Below are positions 39,485 to 49,570 of a stretch of DNA of 64,000 nt, in pieces. The stretch is from positions 326 through 64,325 of the forward strand of contig CAYRZU010000008.1 in assembly GCA_964428895.1 (NCBI GenBank). The letters are read 5' to 3'. Each line of letters opens with the position of its first letter. Within the stretch, counting starts at the first letter, position 1. The translations under genes were made by a program, and so were the position numbers. Source of the stretch: an uncultured Planctomycetaceae bacterium (lineage in GTDB: Bacteria > Planctomycetota > Phycisphaerae > SM23-33). Under the pieces are notes generated by a model. That model did not search any database. It worked only from the letters and a program-made list of their open reading frames with translations, and was not told the origin of the DNA.

Positions 39485-39583
39485 AACAGGAATGAACACA
39501 GATAGGGATTCAGGTAAAGGCTCAACAGGCGGTCTTACCTTTACTTTGGTCTTTATCTGCGTTCATCTGCGTTTATTCTTGTT
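39485..39583. repeat. Periodic inverted-repeat intergenic element (AACGCAGATG-type arms)
   Basis: AACAGGAATGAACACAGATA ... TATCTGCGTTCATCTGCGTTTATTCTTGTT. Confidence 0.75.
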
Positions 39584-39634
39584 CACAACTTGCCGTGTCG
39601 GCCGCTGTGGCTGAAACGATCGGGGAGTTCCGCC

Positions 39635-40360
39635 ATGTTCGAACTACAGGAGTACCGGTGTCCGCATTGTCGGTGGACGTTCCGACGAGCGCTGACGGAC
39701 GGTGAGGACCACACCTGCCAGAACTGTCGGCGGCGGTACCACGTGTTGTTGGACGAGGAGACAGGCCAGGCCGGCTTGGTCGCCTGCGATACGGCGCACG
39801 TGCCCGAGCCGCTGGGCTTGCCCAAAGGTTCAATCCGCGCGCTGGTGGCGATCGATATGGCCGTCACCTGCCTGCTGATGATCCTTCTGGGCCGCGACGT
39901 GCCCAACAGCCTGCTGGCGCTGCTGCTGACGATCGTGGGCTACTACTTCGGCTTCCGCGTGAAGGTCGAGGCCGAGGCCAGCCGCATCTACGACGCGTCC
40001 GGCCTGACCCGCCGCCCGCTGCACCTGCCGCCGGGGGTGGTGCGGTTCGTGCTGATCGGCGGGTTCGTGGTCGGGGCGTTGGTGCTGGCCGCTCGCGGCC
40101 GACTGGGCGAGGTCAAGTACCTGGAGTTCTACGTGCTGATGGCGGGCCTGACGTGCGGCCATCTGTTTGGCCGAGTGATGGCGAGTTCCCGCGGGACGCC
40201 CGGCTATACGCTGATCAACCACGCCAAGGGAGCGATCATGCTGGGCGTGGGGGCGGTGCTGGCGGTGTTCTTCATCTCCGGCCTGTCGGCCGACTGGCCC
40301 GGCTGGATCGTGATGGTCCTGTGCGCGGCGGTGAGTTTCTACTTCGGCTCGCGCACCTAA
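39635..40360 (+). CDS. Membrane protein with N-terminal Zn-ribbon
   Basis: CPHC...CQNC, followed by two internally repeated halves (PLGLPKGSIR/PLHLPPGVVR; YYFG/FYFGSR). Confidence 0.7.
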   Translation: MFELQEYRCPHCRWTFRRALTDGEDHTCQNCRRRYHVLLDEETGQAGLVACDTAHVPEPLGLPKGSIRALVAIDMAVTCLLMILLGRDVPNSLLALLLTIVGYYFGFRVKVEAEASRIYDASGLTRRPLHLPPGVVRFVLIGGFVVGALVLAARGRLGEVKYLEFYVLMAGLTCGHLFGRVMASSRGTPGYTLINHAKGAIMLGVGAVLAVFFISGLSADWPGWIVMVLCAAVSFYFGSRT

Positions 40361-40435
40361 CGCCAGTTTGCCTTGAATCAGTTGCCGCGGGTTGATAGGG
40401 TCAAGGTGGAGGCGAACCAGGCTGGTCTGGCCATC

Positions 40436-41233
40436 ATGACACACGACATCAGCCACATTCTGGACGATTGGCCGCACGAGGGCGGGCAGTTGTCGGCCCG
40501 GAGGATCCAGGGCGCCGACGGGCGTGACAAGGTGCAACTCCGCCTGGAACTGGGCATCCTGCAGATGGAGGTCACCGGGCGCCCCGACGGCGAACGACCC
40601 TACGGGTTCGACAGCCTGCTGAGCTACTACCGCGACCAACTCAAGCACTACCGCGACAGCGGCGCCGAGAGCGATTTCGAGCTGGACGAAAAGGCCTGCG
40701 AGAAACTCCGCGCCGAAGCGGTGATGTTCTACCACCGCTACCTGACGGCCTTCATCTTGGAGGACTTCGAGCTGGTCGAGGGCGACACCCGCCGCAACCT
40801 GGAGGTCATGGACTTCTGCACCCAGTACGCGACGGAAGAATCCGACAAACATCAGCTCGAGCAGTATCGGCCTTACGTGGTGATGATGAACGCCCGGGCC
40901 CGGTCGCGGATGGCGTTGGCGGACAATCGCCCCAAAGCGGCGCTGACAGCCGTCAAGCAGGCGATCGAGGACATCCGCCGCCACTTCCGGAAATACGGGG
41001 TGGACGATCCCGACGAGGTCTCCAAGGAATTGGCCATGCTTGCGGGCCTGGCCGGCGAGATCGAAGGACGCGTGCCGGTCGATCCGGTCAGCAAGCTCCG
41101 CAAGCAACTCGATAAGGCCATCACCGAAGAACGCTACGAGGATGCGGCCATTCTCCGCGACCAACTCAACCGCCTGGACGACGGGCGTGAGGACTTGCCG
41201 CCGGTCGGCCCGGAGATGGGCGACGGGCCTTGA
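40436..41233 (+). CDS. UvrB/UvrC-motif-containing protein
   Basis: C-terminal LDKAITEERYEDAAILRDQL; N-terminal QLRLELGILQME..GRPDG. Confidence 0.8.
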   Translation: MTHDISHILDDWPHEGGQLSARRIQGADGRDKVQLRLELGILQMEVTGRPDGERPYGFDSLLSYYRDQLKHYRDSGAESDFELDEKACEKLRAEAVMFYHRYLTAFILEDFELVEGDTRRNLEVMDFCTQYATEESDKHQLEQYRPYVVMMNARARSRMALADNRPKAALTAVKQAIEDIRRHFRKYGVDDPDEVSKELAMLAGLAGEIEGRVPVDPVSKLRKQLDKAITEERYEDAAILRDQLNRLDDGREDLPPVGPEMGDGP

Positions 41234-41340
41234 GCGGCCCTACGATGAGTACGATAACGGCGTCGATATTCGGCGCCGTTTTTTTGTGGTCGGCCGGCAT
41301 GTTTCTTGGGCCGGCGTCGTTGAGCAGATGGAGACACACC

Positions 41341-42708
41341 ATGAAGATCGAACGGTCCGTAGGTGTTGTTGCGCTGCTGGTCGCGGGTCTCGCCGGCGTG
41401 CAAGGGCTGGCCGATGAGCCGGCCGGCGGGGACCTGGCAGTCTTGCCGTATGCGATTGTCGACACCGGGCAGATTCGCTGCTACGACAACGGCACGGAGA
41501 TCGTGTACCCCCAAGCCGGCGACAACTTCTTCGGCCAGGATGCGCACTACGAGGGTCTTCAGCCGGCCTACCAATCCAATCGCGACGGCACGGTGACGGA
41601 CGTGAACACGGGTCTGATGTGGATTCGCGACCCGGGCGCCAAAAAGACCTTCGACCAGGCCGTCGCGGGGGCCGGCACGTGCAAGACCGGGGGCTACGAC
41701 GACTGGCGCTTGCCGACCATCAAGGAACTGTATTCGCTGATCCAGTTCAGCGGCGTGGACCCCGATCCCCGTAGCGGCCGAACGAGCAATCTGACGCCCT
41801 ATATCGACAACACGGTCTTCAAATTCAGCTACGGCAAGAGCAGTGAGGGCGACCGCATCATCGACTCGCAGTGGGCGACCAGCACGGTATACGTCCACAC
41901 CGTGATGAACGGCGGGAAGGCCATGTTCGGCGTGAACTTTGCCGACGGGCGCATTAAGGGCTACCCGGCCGGGAACAACGGCCCTCGGGGCCGAGCCAAG
42001 ACGTACTACGCGCTCTACGTCCGCGGGAACACCGACTACGGCCTCAATGACTTCGTCGACAACGGCGACGGCACGATCACCGATGACGCCACCGGTTTGA
42101 CCTGGATGAAGGCGGACAGCGGCAAGGGGATGAACTGGCAGCAAGCGCTGGCCTACGCCGAGGCCCTCGACCTGGGCGGCCATTCCGATTGGCGCCTCCC
42201 TAGCGCCAAAGAGCTGCACAGCATCGTGGATTACACCCGCTCGCCGGATGCCACCGACTCGGCGGCGATCGATCCGGCCTTCCAGGTCACGGAGATCACC
42301 AACGAAGGAGGGAAGACCGATTACCCCTACTACTGGACTGGCACGAGTCATACGCGGATCGATTCGGCCGGCGCCGGCGTCTACATCGCGTTCGGCCGCG
42401 CGCTGGGGTACATGCAAGGCCCGCGCTCCAGCAGCAAGACGTTAATGGACGTCCACGGGGCCGGGGCGCAGCGGTCGGACCCCAAGAGCGGCAACCCCGG
42501 CCGGTTCCCCGAAGGTCGCGGCCCGCAAGGCGACGTGATCCGCATCAATAACTTCGTCCGTTGCGTCCGCGGCGGCGTGGCCGAGCCTCGAACCAGCGGC
42601 CCGAAAGTCAAGATGAAGGCCTCCTCGCGCAGCCGACCGGATTCGGACGACCAAGACCCCGGCGGGCATCGCCCGCCGCCAAGACGGCGGCCGCCACCAC
42701 GCCGGTAG
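41341..42708 (+). CDS. Secreted DUF1566 (Lcl-type) double-domain protein
   Basis: Signal peptide; IVDTGQ; twice DGT.TD..TGL.W and DWRLP..KEL.S; VRCVR. Confidence 0.85.
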   Translation: MKIERSVGVVALLVAGLAGVQGLADEPAGGDLAVLPYAIVDTGQIRCYDNGTEIVYPQAGDNFFGQDAHYEGLQPAYQSNRDGTVTDVNTGLMWIRDPGAKKTFDQAVAGAGTCKTGGYDDWRLPTIKELYSLIQFSGVDPDPRSGRTSNLTPYIDNTVFKFSYGKSSEGDRIIDSQWATSTVYVHTVMNGGKAMFGVNFADGRIKGYPAGNNGPRGRAKTYYALYVRGNTDYGLNDFVDNGDGTITDDATGLTWMKADSGKGMNWQQALAYAEALDLGGHSDWRLPSAKELHSIVDYTRSPDATDSAAIDPAFQVTEITNEGGKTDYPYYWTGTSHTRIDSAGAGVYIAFGRALGYMQGPRSSSKTLMDVHGAGAQRSDPKSGNPGRFPEGRGPQGDVIRINNFVRCVRGGVAEPRTSGPKVKMKASSRSRPDSDDQDPGGHRPPPRRRPPPRR

Positions 42709-42750
42709 CCGGACAGCTTGTTTGAGCCGGCAGCAACCACTACAATACTC

Positions 42751-42853
42751 CCGTTCCGCTAGGGGCGCCGTCGGAGACGGCTGAGAGTGACCCTTGGAAC
42801 CTGATCGGTGAGTGTCCGATGATCGGATGCCAGCCGCGTAGGGAAGCGGACGG
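42751..42853 (+). ncRNA. TPP riboswitch (variant with long P5)
   Basis: P1 CCGTTCCGCT/AGCGGACGG, AGGGG, P3 GCCGTC/GACGGC, CTGAGA, ACCCT, AACCTGAT and GCGTAGGGA; upstream of the thiC operon. Confidence 0.85.
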
Positions 42854-42878
42854 AACGAATCAAGGATTGATCGCGTTT

Positions 42879-42903
42879 CGGCCGCTTCGAGCGGCCGTTT
42901 GTA
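42879..42903 (+). terminator. Putative riboswitch-controlled terminator hairpin
   Basis: CGGCCGCT-TCG-AGCGGCCG followed by TTTGT, between the aptamer and the first CDS. Confidence 0.5.
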
Positions 42904-42924
42904 TGCGCGACCGATGGAGAGACA

Positions 42925-43476
42925 ATGAACATCACCTGCACCCGCGAGCGCGATCTGACGGACGCCCATAGCGAAGAGATTCGCCACCTGCAGAACCTGG
43001 CGTTTCCGCAAGCTGAGGAGTTCCTTGTCCAGCGGTGGTGGCACACGCCGCTGTTGGCGGATGAGTGTTGGCTGGGTGCGCGGGACGATGCCGGCGTGCT
43101 GATCGGCTCGGCGCGGTTACTGTTTCGGACGATCGGTTCGGCGGCCGGTGAGTTCACCATCGGCGGCTTGGGCAATGTGTGCTCGCATCCGGATCGTCGC
43201 GGATGCGGGGCCGCCAGCGCGTGCTTGAAGGCGGCGGCGGCGGTGATCGCCGACGAGGCCGACTTCGGCTTCTTGTTCTGCGGCGAGCCGGTCCGTCCGT
43301 TCTACGCCAAACACGGCTGGGAAGTCACCGACAACCTGTTAGCCATGCTGGAGGGCGGCCCGGACGGCCCGCGGATCGTCAACACCCCCCACGGATGCGC
43401 GATGATTCACGCGGGCCAACGCCCGCTGAGCGAATGGCCCGAAGGCGAGATCGACCTGAACGGGCCGGATTGGTGA
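42925..43476 (+). CDS. GNAT-family N-acetyltransferase
   Basis: GGLGNVCSHPDRRGCGAA (motif A), FYAKHGW, C-terminal IDLNGPDW. Confidence 0.85.
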   Translation: MNITCTRERDLTDAHSEEIRHLQNLAFPQAEEFLVQRWWHTPLLADECWLGARDDAGVLIGSARLLFRTIGSAAGEFTIGGLGNVCSHPDRRGCGAASACLKAAAAVIADEADFGFLFCGEPVRPFYAKHGWEVTDNLLAMLEGGPDGPRIVNTPHGCAMIHAGQRPLSEWPEGEIDLNGPDW

Positions 43477-43483
43477 TTCTGAC

Positions 43484-44797
43484 ATGACGCAGCTTCAACA
43501 AGCCAAAGCGGGCGTGATCACGCCGCAGATGCAGCGCGTGGCCGAGCGGGAATCGCTCGCACCGGAATTGGTTCGCGAGGAAGTCGCCGCCGGGCGGCTG
43601 GTGATCCCGGCCAATCGGCTCCATCTGAGCGCCGGCGAGCGGGGCGCCGCGGCGCTGGATCCGATCGGCATCGGCCGAGCCGTGTCGACCAAAATCAACG
43701 CCAACATCGGCGCTTCTCCCGATAGTAGTTGCGAGCAGTTGGAGCTCCAGAAGCTCACTTGGGCGGTCCGCTACGGGGCCGACACGATGATGGACCTCTC
43801 CACCGGCGGCGACCTGGACCACATCCGCCGGACGCTGATCGATAGCTCCACCGTGCCGGTCGGCACGGTGCCGATGTACTCGATGATTGTGGGCAAGCCC
43901 ATCGAAGAACTGACCTGCGACGACATTCTGACCACCATGCGTCACCAGGCCGAGCAGGGGGTGGATTTCTTCACCATCCATGCGGGCATCCTGCGCAAGC
44001 ATCTCCCCGCGGCGATGAAGCGGAAGATGGGCATCATCTCGCGCGGCGGCAGTTTGCTGGCCAAGTGGATGACGGTCCACAACCATGAGAACCCGATGTA
44101 CGAGTTGTTCGATGAGATCAGCGCCATCATGGCTGAGTACGACGTGTCGTATTCGCTGGGCGACGGTCTGCGGCCGGGCTGTTTGGCCGATGCGTCGGAC
44201 GAGGCGCAGTTCGCCGAGCTGGATACGCTGGGCGAACTCGTGCAGCGCGCTCGGGAAGCGGGCGTGCAAACCATGGTGGAAGGGCCGGGCCACATTCCGT
44301 TCGATCAGATCCAGATGAACATGGAGCGCCAGCAGGCCGTCTGCGACGGCGCGCCGTTCTACGTGCTGGGCCCCATCGTTTCGGACGTGTTTCCCGGGTA
44401 CGACCACATCACCTCCGCCATCGGCGCCACGGCTGCGGCCACGCACGGGGCCAGCTTCCTCTGTTACGTCACGCCGGCTGAGCATCTGTCCCTGCCGACA
44501 CCCGAGGATGTGCGGGTTGGTTGCGTGACGTACAAGATCGCCGCTCACGCCGCCGACGTCGCCCGCGGCCTGCCCGGCGCGCGGGACTGGGATGACGCCA
44601 TCGCCGACGCCCGCGCCAACTTCAGTTGGGCCAAACAGCTCGAGCTGGCCTTCGACAGCGAACACGCCCAGGCCATCCGCAGCCGCGACGAACTAGACCT
44701 CGAGACCGACTACTGCTCCATGTGCGGCCGCGAGTGGTGCGCCATGCGGATCAGCCACGAGGTCCGCGACGCCATCAGACAGGACTCACCCGAGTAG
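43484..44797 (+). CDS. thiC: Phosphomethylpyrimidine synthase
   Basis: KINANIG, GADTMMDLSTGGD, SRGGS, LGDGLRPG, EGPGH, CYVTPAEHL and CSMCG...CAM. Confidence 0.97.
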   Translation: MTQLQQAKAGVITPQMQRVAERESLAPELVREEVAAGRLVIPANRLHLSAGERGAAALDPIGIGRAVSTKINANIGASPDSSCEQLELQKLTWAVRYGADTMMDLSTGGDLDHIRRTLIDSSTVPVGTVPMYSMIVGKPIEELTCDDILTTMRHQAEQGVDFFTIHAGILRKHLPAAMKRKMGIISRGGSLLAKWMTVHNHENPMYELFDEISAIMAEYDVSYSLGDGLRPGCLADASDEAQFAELDTLGELVQRAREAGVQTMVEGPGHIPFDQIQMNMERQQAVCDGAPFYVLGPIVSDVFPGYDHITSAIGATAAATHGASFLCYVTPAEHLSLPTPEDVRVGCVTYKIAAHAADVARGLPGARDWDDAIADARANFSWAKQLELAFDSEHAQAIRSRDELDLETDYCSMCGREWCAMRISHEVRDAIRQDSPE

Positions 44798-45078
44798 GCG
44801 CAGCGAATCTCTAGCCGCCGCCAGGAGTTGCGGGCCTACATTGACTCCGGAGCCGTTTTCGCGTAAACTCCCCAATGCCAGCGAATTGCAGTCTGGCGGC
44901 GGCTAGCATGGCTGTCAGGGAGGACCGGAGCCGCAACGCCGGACGGGAGCGCTTCTTGAAGAAGATTTTTGGAGAATGCCCAATTTTCAGAAGCTGTTCG
45001 CACGTCTTATCTATGTGGACGCGATCCGAGCTATCGGTCTGCGCGACAGCCGCGGACGGTTGATTGAAAGGGACACTC

Positions 45079-48000
45079 ATGGGGCGACGCCAACCAACGA
45101 CGCATCGGCCGGTGCTTGAGAGCTTGGAGGCCCGTCTGCTGCTCAGCGGGACCATCGAAGGTCAGGTCTGGCGGGATTACGACGCCGACGGCGTCCGCGA
45201 CGCCGGCGAGCATGGCCTGAACGGCTGGACGGTCGAACTGGTGGATGTCGCCGGCGGCGGGGTGGTCGACACCCAAACCACCGCCGACGTGGACCTCGAC
45301 GGCAACGGGTCCATCGATTCCTTCACCGAGCGGGGGCTCTACGCCTTCACGGGTGTGGCCGACGGCGATTACGAGGTCCGCCAGGTCCCGCCGTCCGACA
45401 TTTGGCGGCAGACGTCGCCGAATCAGTTCGGGGGCGAGCTGGACGTCTTCCAATACGTTAACGACGGCGACAGCGGCGCGGACCTGGACGCGATCTGGGA
45501 AGTGACGGCCTCGCCCGACGGCCAATACGTCTACACCATTTCCCGGGACAGCAACGCCCTGACGGTTTTCGAGCGGGATGCCGGTACCGGCGAGCTGACG
45601 GCTGTGCAGGTGCTCCGAGACGAGCTCCATTTGCAGCTGAATTATCCGCTGGCAATGGCGGTCAGCCCGGATGGCAACCATCTTTACGTGTCAGCCTTGA
45701 ACGACGATCTGCTGAACGTTCTCCAACGGGACCCGAGCACCGGCCTGCTGTCGGTGGTGCAGGTGCTTGCCGATGGCGAGGGCGGCATCGAAGGTCTCGA
45801 TACGCCGCAGGCGGTCGCGGTCAGCGGCGACGGCCTCAACGTGTACGTGGGGTCCATCGGGGACGGCGCTTTAGCGACGTTCGCCCGCGACCCGGTCACC
45901 GGGCTGCTGACGCAGACGCAAGTGCTCTTCCAGGGCGTCGGCGGGGTGAGCGGCCTTTACGGCGGCCCCCGCGAGCTGGCGGTCGCCCCGGACGGGCAAC
46001 ACGTTTACGCCATCGGGCGGACCTCGTCCGGCCCGGCGAAGGATTGCATGGTGACGTTCGCTCGCGACGCCGGAACCGGGGCCCTGACGTTTGTGGAGAA
46101 GCTGGCCGGCGGCGAGCCGATGTTCAACGCCTCGGGCATGGCCGTCAGCCCGGACGGCCTGCATGTTTACGTCACGGCCACCACGGGCGGAAGTGTTTCC
46201 GTCTTCGATCGCAGCGGCGTGACCGGTACGTTGACGTTGTCGGACCGGTACCAAGCCGGTGTCGGTCAGATCGGCGCGGATGAACTGACCGAACCCAGCG
46301 CCGTGGCCATCAGTCCGGACGGCCTGTATGCGTTCGTGGCGTGGTACGGCGGCTCCGACGGCGGCGTGATGAGTTTCCAGCGTGACGCGGCGACCGGCGC
46401 GCTGGACCGACTGGCCGCCTATCCGCAGGAAGTGTCGTTCCCGGCCAGGCTGGCCCTGGCCCCGGATGGCCGCGACCTCTACGTGGGGGACTGGAACGAC
46501 GCCCTGGTCGGCTTGGCGCGCTTGCCGGAACCGATCGACTACGAATTGGGCCTGGCCGGCCAGACCGAGACGGGCGTGGACTTCAGCAACGCGCTGTGGA
46601 GCTCGGCTTCGGGTCAGTTGTTCTACGACGGCGACGGCAGCGGCTTTCAGGACCCCGGCGAATTAGGCCTGGACGGGTGGACGGTCCAGTTGGTCCGCAG
46701 CGACTACGGCTACGTCGTCGACGAGACCGTCACCACCAGCGTCGATCTCGACGGGAGCGGCTCGATCGACCCGGTCACCGAGAGCGGCCTCTACGCGTTC
46801 GAGATCGCTCGCACCGGCGCCCACGAAGTGCGACTGGTCGCCCCCGACGGCTGGATGGCGACCACACCGAACCCGCCGGTCTACAATTTGGGGTTCGGCC
46901 ACGGCACGACCTACGCCAACCGGGATTTCGGGGCGGTCGAGTCGGCCAGTGTCTACGGCTATGTCTTCGAGGATGACAACGGCAACGGGGCCTGGGCGGC
47001 TGGGCGGTGCGGCTGGTTGACGCGGCCGGCATGGTCCGGCTGACCACCACCCGGAGCATCGATCTGAACGGCGATCGGGTCATCGACCCGTTCACCGAGT
47101 CGGGCTTGTATTTCTTCTTTGGGGTCCCGGCCGGGCAATACGAAATCCGCCACGAGCTCCCGCTCGGCTGGATTCGAACCGAGCCGGCCGGCGGTTATTC
47201 GTTGGATCTCGGGCCCGCCCAGGGCGAGCTCGGCCTCGACATCGGCCTCAAGCCGGTGATGATCGCCGGGCAGGTGGTCCGGGACTTGGACCGGGACGGG
47301 CGATTCGACGCCACCGACGCGGGCCTGGACGGCGTGGTGGTGGAGCTGTGGAAAGCGTCCAGCACGACGCGCGTCGGCAGGCAATTCACCGCCGGGATGG
47401 ATCTGAACGGCGACGGCCAGATTGATCCGTTCACCGAGGCGGGGCGCTATCGGTTCGATCACCTCTTGCCGGGCGACTATGAGTTGAGGCTGAAGGTTGG
47501 CGACGATTGGCTCCCCCTGCAGTATCCGATGGTGGCAGTGACCGACGTTGAGGCCCTTATTGAACCGATTGACTTCCTCGTGATGGAGGCGTTGCCGCTG
47601 GACCTGGCGGAAGTCACCGCCGACGACGATGAAGCGACTCTCGGGATTGCACTTCCGGGGGCCGGCTTCTTGCCGCTTCCGTCCGCGTGGACGCCGGTCG
47701 CGCACACCGGGGCCTACAACGACGACTTCTACGTCAATGCCACTCCGTACTCCGCGGCGGTCTTCGACGTGGCCGTGCCCGAGAGCGGCGTCTACGACGT
47801 GTCCTTGTGGTGGCCCGACCTGTGGGGGTTCGTTTGGCCGGAGGTCACGCTCGGCGTAACAGTGACGGACGACAACGGCGACCACCAGTTCGCTGTTCAT
47901 CAAAGGCCGACGCTGGGCGGCAGCCCTGATGTCGACCGGTGGTACTCGTTGCCGGATAGCTTTACGGTTACCTCGGGGTCGATCCGGATCATGTTCGACG

Positions 48001-48482
48001 CCAACGGCGCCGAGGCCGGGCACATTCTGCTCGATGCCGTCCGGGTCACCGAACATTGGATCGACGGGTTCCTGTCCGGGCGCGTGTTTGATGACGCCAG
48101 CGCCGATGGCGTCAAGGGCGCCGAGGAACTCGGCCTGGACGGGTGGCTGGTGGAATTGGTCGACGCGGCCTCGGGCGAGGTGCTGGCCACGCAGTTGACC
48201 CAGAGCGTGGACCTCGACGGCGATGGGTCAATCGACCCGATCACCGAAAGCGGCCTGTACGATTTCCTCGTGTTGCCGGCGGCGGATTACGAGATTCGTG
48301 CGTTCGCTCAGGCCGGCTGGGACTGGACCAGCCCGGTCGGCGGTACGCACACCGTGGCGCTGACGACCTTCGATCCGGATCAGGCCGATTTGGATTTCGG
48401 CGCAATGTTGGCCGGCGGCGGCGTGGCGGGGGCGCTGGGCGATCCCATCGACCTGCTGGCTGAGCTTGAACCGGTGTTGTAG
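45079..48482 (+). pseudogene. Large planctomycete surface protein (LEPR-xLL motif, SdrD-B-like repeats, lactonase-type beta-propeller), frameshifted near 47000
   Basis: LESLEARLLLSG; five 'G.V..D.DGDG..D.GE.GL.GW.V.L...DLDGDG.IDP.TE.GLY.F' repeats shared by ORFs 45064..47043 and 47007..48482; repeated AVSPDG.HVY blades. Confidence 0.78.
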
Positions 48483-48504
48483 GTGAGGCCGATGGCCTTG
48501 GCGG

Positions 48505-49440
48505 CTAGGCGATGCCGTCCGGGCCGGGCTCTTCGCCTTTGGGGCGGTGCTTCCAGCGGCGGTGGACCCAGAGGTACTGCTCGGGGGCGCGGCGGATGAC
48601 GGCCTCCAGGGCCGAGGTGTACTCCTGGGTGATCCACTTGAGCGGATCGTCCTTATCGGCCCACTCTTCGGGGCGGATGATGCGCTCGACCCCGATCTCG
48701 AAGTCGAACCCTTCCCGCACGCGATGGCCGTACCCGACGATCACCGGCACCTCGTGCCGCATGGCCATTAGGCCGATCGATTTATAGGTGCTGGCCTTTC
48801 GCCCGAAGAAGTCCACGAACAGCCCCTTGCGCCCGGCGTCCTGGTCGGCGATGAAGCTGATGGCGCCGTTGGCGTCGAGGATGTCGTCGACGTGTTCGGC
48901 CACGCCTTTCTTATCCAGAATGGTCATGCCCGTCCGCTGGCGGACGCCCAGGATGTGCTCGTTGACGTAGGGGTTGTCGAGCGGCCGCGCGACCGCGTAG
49001 ACCGGGAAGCCCACCCGGGCCATGGTGTAGCCGATGACCTCCCAGTTGCCGAAGTGGCCGGTCAGGTAGATCGCCCCGCGCTCGTTGCGGAGCAGTTGTA
49101 GGATGTTTTCCTTCTGATTGACGAACGTCACGTGTCGCCGCCAGGTGGCCGGCGTGATCAACGAGGGCGTGAACAGGATTTCGATGCCCAGGTACAGCAT
49201 ACTCCGCATCGACTTGCGGGCCACCTTGCGGCACTTGCGGGGCGACCACTCGGGGAAGCTACGCTTGAGGTGTTCGATGGCGCGGTGGCGGTGGCGATGG
49301 TCGAAGGTGAACAGCAGGTCGCCCAGGATCGCCGCGGTTCCGTAGTTGGCTTGCACCGGGAACATGCGGATCGCCATTTCGAAGAACCGCAAGCCCAGGT
49401 ATTGCAGGTAGGCGACGAACTTGTTGGACGGCTTGGCCAT
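48505..49440 (-). CDS. Lipid A biosynthesis / lysophospholipid acyltransferase (LpxL/HtrB family)
   Basis: TGHFGNWE, ADQD, FVDFFG and PEQYLWVHRRWK. Confidence 0.9.
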   Translation of the reverse strand: MAKPSNKFVAYLQYLGLRFFEMAIRMFPVQANYGTAAILGDLLFTFDHRHRHRAIEHLKRSFPEWSPRKCRKVARKSMRSMLYLGIEILFTPSLITPATWRRHVTFVNQKENILQLLRNERGAIYLTGHFGNWEVIGYTMARVGFPVYAVARPLDNPYVNEHILGVRQRTGMTILDKKGVAEHVDDILDANGAISFIADQDAGRKGLFVDFFGRKASTYKSIGLMAMRHEVPVIVGYGHRVREGFDFEIGVERIIRPEEWADKDDPLKWITQEYTSALEAVIRRAPEQYLWVHRRWKHRPKGEEPGPDGIA

Positions 49441-49456
49441 AACTAGAGAAACATGG

Positions 49457-49537
49457 AACAGGGATAAACACGGATGAACGCAGATACAGAAGAAACCAAT
49501 TATGTCTTATCTGTGTTCATCTGTGTCCATCCTTGTT
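49457..49537. repeat. Periodic inverted-repeat intergenic element
   Basis: AACAGGGATAAACACGGATGAACGCAGATA ... TATCTGTGTTCATCTGTGTCCATCCTTGTT. Confidence 0.8.
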
Positions 49538-49570
49538 TCTAACAGTAGAAGAAGCAGCGTGTCCGGCCTT

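Noticed and set aside
41341-42708. DUF1566 protein as a diversity-generating retroelement target
   Set aside because: No reverse transcriptase and no template-repeat copy of its 3' end were found in the window.
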